DNA from: Catajapyx aquilonaris
Lineage: Eukaryota
Assembly (NCBI GenBank): GCA_000934665.2
Contig: KZ538667.1
Location: forward strand, 1 to 54,937
Reading direction: 5' to 3'
DNA length: 54,937 bases
The translations under genes and the position numbers were made by a program. Below the pieces are notes generated by a model that worked only from the letters and a program-made list of their open reading frames with translations, had not been told where the DNA came from and made no database searches. How positions within the stretch are numbered: the stretch's first letter is position 1; each line of letters begins with the position of its first letter. Below are positions 51,195 through 54,937 of this stretch, piece by piece.

Positions 51195-51630
51195 CCCTTT
51201 AACAGCGGTTTTTTTGGCCATTTTTTCCTTTTCTTGATTTGTAGTAGGAGTGATATTAATGAAAAACAATATACTCCAATATTTATAATTTTAACTAGTG
51301 CAGGTCCTTTTGAATGTAAAATGCAGAAATATTCATCTGCAGGGTGTTCCAGATTTTTTTTGAAGTGCAATTAACTTTAAATGTAATTAAACGCATTTAA
51401 AATTTTAAAGTCACTATAAAATTGTTACTGTGGTTACTAAATTATACTAAAACACTGTACTATGAGAAATTCCTAAGAGTCCAGACTTACGGGACATCTT
51501 ATTCTAACGTAGCGGGAGGGGGTATGTTTAGCTCACACTGGGAGTCGGAAAAACTTATTAGCATATGCCATGGTAGTTGAGCCCCCTTCCACGAGGTGGT
51601 AAAAGCAGTTTGAGCCCCAAACTGTGCCAT
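51195..51630 (-). mobile_element. piggyBac-like element related to 3908-4416 (one end intact)
   Basis: TTAA-CCCTTT terminus. 51235-51500 is the reverse complement of 4105-4370 (e.g. TATGAGAAATTCCTAAGAGTCCAGACTTA), with weaker similarity to about 51630. Confidence 0.8.
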
Positions 51631-51974
51631 TTCTGTCTAAACTCGAGCATGCCCAGTTAAAAAAATCATATGTACATAGGCTCAAAATCAGAGCTCATGC
51701 ATTGAATAGTGCAATAATATAACTTATGGTGGATTCAGGTAACTACCAATTTTAAAAATGCAAGCCACAAAGTATAGACCATTGTAATTGATGTCCAGTT
51801 ACCATCATTATGGGTCTGTAGCTTGTACTCAATTATAATTTTTGCACCTGATTTTTATCCCTCTCTATGATAAGATCTACCATACTTTTCCTATTTAAAA
51901 AATTTTAAAAATTATAACAGGCAGCAATACACTCCTTGTGAACCAAGGTTTTTTTCATCACCAGGAGTAAATCT

Positions 51975-52283
51975 TATTTTTATTTTTATTTACTGTATTT
52001 TATTTTACCCAGTGATAGGGCAAGCCCTTATAGGGGGTGGCATACCACCGTCAATTTTCTTTGATTTTTCTGACTCTTACTTAACGCATGGGTGGGGCCA
52101 AGGATAGGGACAGAAGGAAGCAGCTGTGGCCTATTTTTACAGAAGCGAGCTGGAATTATCTTGGGGGGACCATGGGAAACCACAGAAAACCACGGTCAGG
52201 GTCGCCGGCCCCGGTATTCGAACCCAAGACCTCCCGATTAGCAGGCGGACTCCACATCCACTACACCAACCTGCGCCGGTTCA
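51975..52283 (-). mobile_element. tRNA-derived SINE (family A head and body), full length
   Basis: Perfect 19-bp TSD CATCACCAGGAGTAAATCT (51956-51974, 52284-52302). Minus-strand A-box TGGTGTAGTGG, B-box GGTTCGAATAC and an A-rich tail. The body matches 29599-29785. Confidence 0.93.
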
Positions 52284-52357
52284 CATCACCAGGAGTAAAT
52301 CTATGATCTTCAAAATCTCAATAATGAGTCATACTGAATGATGATGATAATGGGCAT

Positions 52358-52717
52358 TATTTTTATATTTTTAAATTTTTTATTTTAGATATTTTACCCC
52401 GTGATAGGCCTACACAGGCCTTTTTGGGGGGTGGTACACCACTATCAATTTTCTTGTACTTTTTTCTTCAATCTCTGGTGCAAGGAAACAGGACAATGGG
52501 AAAGGATAAGGATTTTTTGGGGGAGGGGACACTGGTGCAAGTGCAATGTCTCAAAGTTGGGCCATGTGCAATCCCCCAGGAGATTAGGTTGCCAGACACC
52601 TCCAAAGGTGCAGGTCAGAAAGGTGCAGGTGAAAGGGAACTCCCCGGCAGGGATCGAAGCTGGAACCTTTCACTCAGCAAGCCGAGATGTTACCATCTCG
52701 GCCACCACACCTTCCCC
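52358..52717 (-). mobile_element. tRNA-derived SINE (family B head and body) sharing its 3' tail with the adjacent SINE
   Basis: Minus-strand A-box TGGCCGAGATGG and B-box GCTTCGATCCC. TSD ATAATGGGCAT / ATAATGAGCAT (52347-52357, 52718-52728). The tail at 52392-52456 resembles 52002-52062. Confidence 0.82.
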
Positions 52718-53380
52718 ATAATGAGCATAATAGGAATTGCAATACTGTAATGGGAGAACTGATGGTTCATTAACCTGCAAGGTGCCAAATTAATAGAACC
52801 ACAGTGTATACTGTATATTTTTGTAGTACCATGATCAAGGGAATCCACATGATAACTTTTTTGTGCCTTTCACTGGTTAGCATCATGTGCTAACCACCCA
52901 GATGAATAATAATAAATAAATAAAAAGAACTAGAAGTGCCAACTGTGCTGCATATGTACTCCTTCATGGAACACTGCATGAAGTAATGACTCTGTTAGTG
53001 TAAATGTGGCACACAGTCACTAAACTTGTACATACACAGTAGATTTGCAAGTTCTCGTTGAATTGAGTATGTCCAGTCAGTTATTTCAACTTTGCATTTG
53101 GTAAGGCACATGTTCAGGATGAAGTGGGAGGGCCATTTCAAACTTATCTAAAAGACACCCAACCTCATCATCACGGTTCATTACATTTAACTTTGTTATA
53201 TATTTACAATGAATTGCCTGTAATTAAGTACTAGTTACTTTTGATAAGTTATTTGTAGCAGCACACCTCATCAGTGTAGCAGTGTATAATAGGAGTGTAG
53301 TACCATAAATAGCGTATAGTGGCGGTAACAGGAGAAAGACCAGATCATCCTCATTCAGCAGTTACAATTACACTGCAAGC

Positions 53381-53710
53381 TTATCATCATCATCATCATA
53401 ATCATCATCATACATTTACGGCTTTTCCCAAAATATTGGGGTGCCAGTGGATAATGAGGAGGTCCAGACTGCTACCTTGAAAATGGGTAGTGGTCATTTA
53501 TTTGGGGATGTGAATGGACAATGTATGCGAATGAGTTACACCAATAGTCGACCAAAGTTGGTTCTGAATAAACACCATATAAGCTTACTTATTGCAACGC
53601 GATCTGTGATTCAACACTGCTGCCGCCTGATGCCACGTATTTTAAAATCCCTCCTCACCTTGTGCTACAGTTGCTGGGAACATCATTAGTGCCCATCTTG
53701 CGCCTGGATA
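53381..53710 (-). mobile_element. 3' remnant of an RTE-like non-LTR retrotransposon with a (GAT)n tail
   Basis: The minus-strand translation L*HKVRRDFKIRGIRRQQC*ITDRVAISKLI resembles the RTE ORF C-terminus (W.D.V..D....G......DR..WR.L). It is followed by a 3' UTR and an (ATG)n tail at 53383-53412. Confidence 0.5.
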
Positions 53711-54937
53711 CTATACTTTCCAAATAGAGTGGTTCTTTGGTATATCTCGTGATATCCCTCTCCAGCCTCATTTAGTCACGCACAATATTGGAAATAAGGA
53801 ATGCTGACCATAACATTTGGACTATAATATCACCACAGGCCCCTTCCGACTAGACAAATTTTTGTCTGTTTTAAACCGTTTTTGCTATATCTCATGTAAA
53901 CCTGTATATTACCAAGGCGAGTCAATATTTCTGAATTTGGAACCGATAATATCTCACGGCTGACCTTCTGCATGTAATGATATGTCGTCTAATTGAAGGG
54001 GCCCGGCGTTCAATACCCCCGAACGCGGCCATGTTACGCTTGAGAAGGTCGTCTGTTACAGGAGTGTAGTTGTGAAACGTGTAGCAAATTAAAGCTGGCT
54101 GGATATTTGATTGTTGCTTAATATTTCTTGTTAGGTTTTAGATTTTTTCTCATGCAGAGAATGAGTCAGCATTTAGTGATACTCTTTGTGAGCCAAATGT
54201 TACGTGGGTTAGTAGGTTACCTACTCAACCTGCAAAAGAAATATACGACATTTGAGTACTTCATCACAAGGACATTTCTTTGAAATGAAGAGTAACTGTT
54301 TGTACTCACAAGCTGTAAGTTTACCCCATGGCTTCATAAAGTTCGACCATTCACATGTGGTAAAGAGTTAGTGATAATTACACAAAATTAGTGCCGAGCA
54401 CTTCTGGACGAATCGTGACGTAATGACGTGATAGTGCGATTAATCAGGACTGCCTTGCAGGGGAATAATTATTATAAGCTTCCTATATACTGTAGGACAG
54501 GTGTTAGGTTGTTGAGTAAAGTAGAAAATCGCAGTGTCAACATCATCTGATTAATATCACTCCACAGACGTACTCACTGTACTGGCCGCAGCTGTCGCAA
54601 GCTGATTGACAATCGAATAAGGATCTCACTTCGACACGTCCCGAAGCGCAAACTCTGTTAATAATATTGCACACAATGTATTACCACCAACTGCGAATGA
54701 CCTCAGCTTCGAAACAAAGAATCAGATACTCCACGAAGTCACGATTTACTGGCATATGTCAATAATTAATAATACGTGACATGTGACCGCAATCAGTTGC
54801 GTACTTGCGTAGATGCTGGGAGAATGGGAAGTTGGCAAGCACTCTTCAACTTTTTATAGCAAAATTGAATCAAGATAATTTGCTTGATTTTTAGAATCAA
54901 ACTTTTCAGTACATGGCTGTGTCCATTTTAATATTGA

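Noticed and set aside
53441..53689. ORF beginning VPVDNEE as the next OLA1 exon
   Set aside because: It does not continue as VPVPD.RFD..C..HKP, has no acceptor context, and overlaps the antisense strand of a LINE remnant.

Overview
This is eukaryotic genomic DNA, AT-rich, and probably from an arthropod. A hemimetabolous insect is my inference, from the OLA1 sequence, the SINE types, the TTAGG-like repeats and the gene-body CpG loss. About 46 kb is gene-poor intergenic sequence containing many small transposon relics. These include PIF/Harbinger, piggyBac-like, pogo/Tigger-like and long-TIR MITEs, a Helentron/HINE-like family, decayed mariner transposases, tRNA-derived SINEs and an RTE-like LINE end, separated by GC-richer islands that may be regulatory. 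The only protein-coding gene I recognise is the 5' part of Obg-like ATPase 1 (OLA1/YchF) on the + strand. It has a CpG-rich putative promoter and non-coding first exon at about 45.9 kb and a first coding exon at 50741-50924/50928; later exons lie beyond the window. Most notable observations: (1) the OLA1 coding exon appears to end at a non-canonical ATAAGT donor, a candidate major-spliceosome AT-AC intron, and begins with a recursive-splice-like AG|GTAATT junction; (2) two overlapping perfect palindromes of 58 and 76 bp, both centred on CTATAG, lie inside a Tigger-like MITE and resemble a double hairpin-opening repair scar; (3) three SINEs mix heads and tails but keep a covarying 3' stem-loop; (4) CpG content drops sharply at the OLA1 promoter. 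I found no CRISPR array, rRNA or bona fide tRNA gene. All family assignments were made by eye and from recalled consensus motifs, not from database searches.
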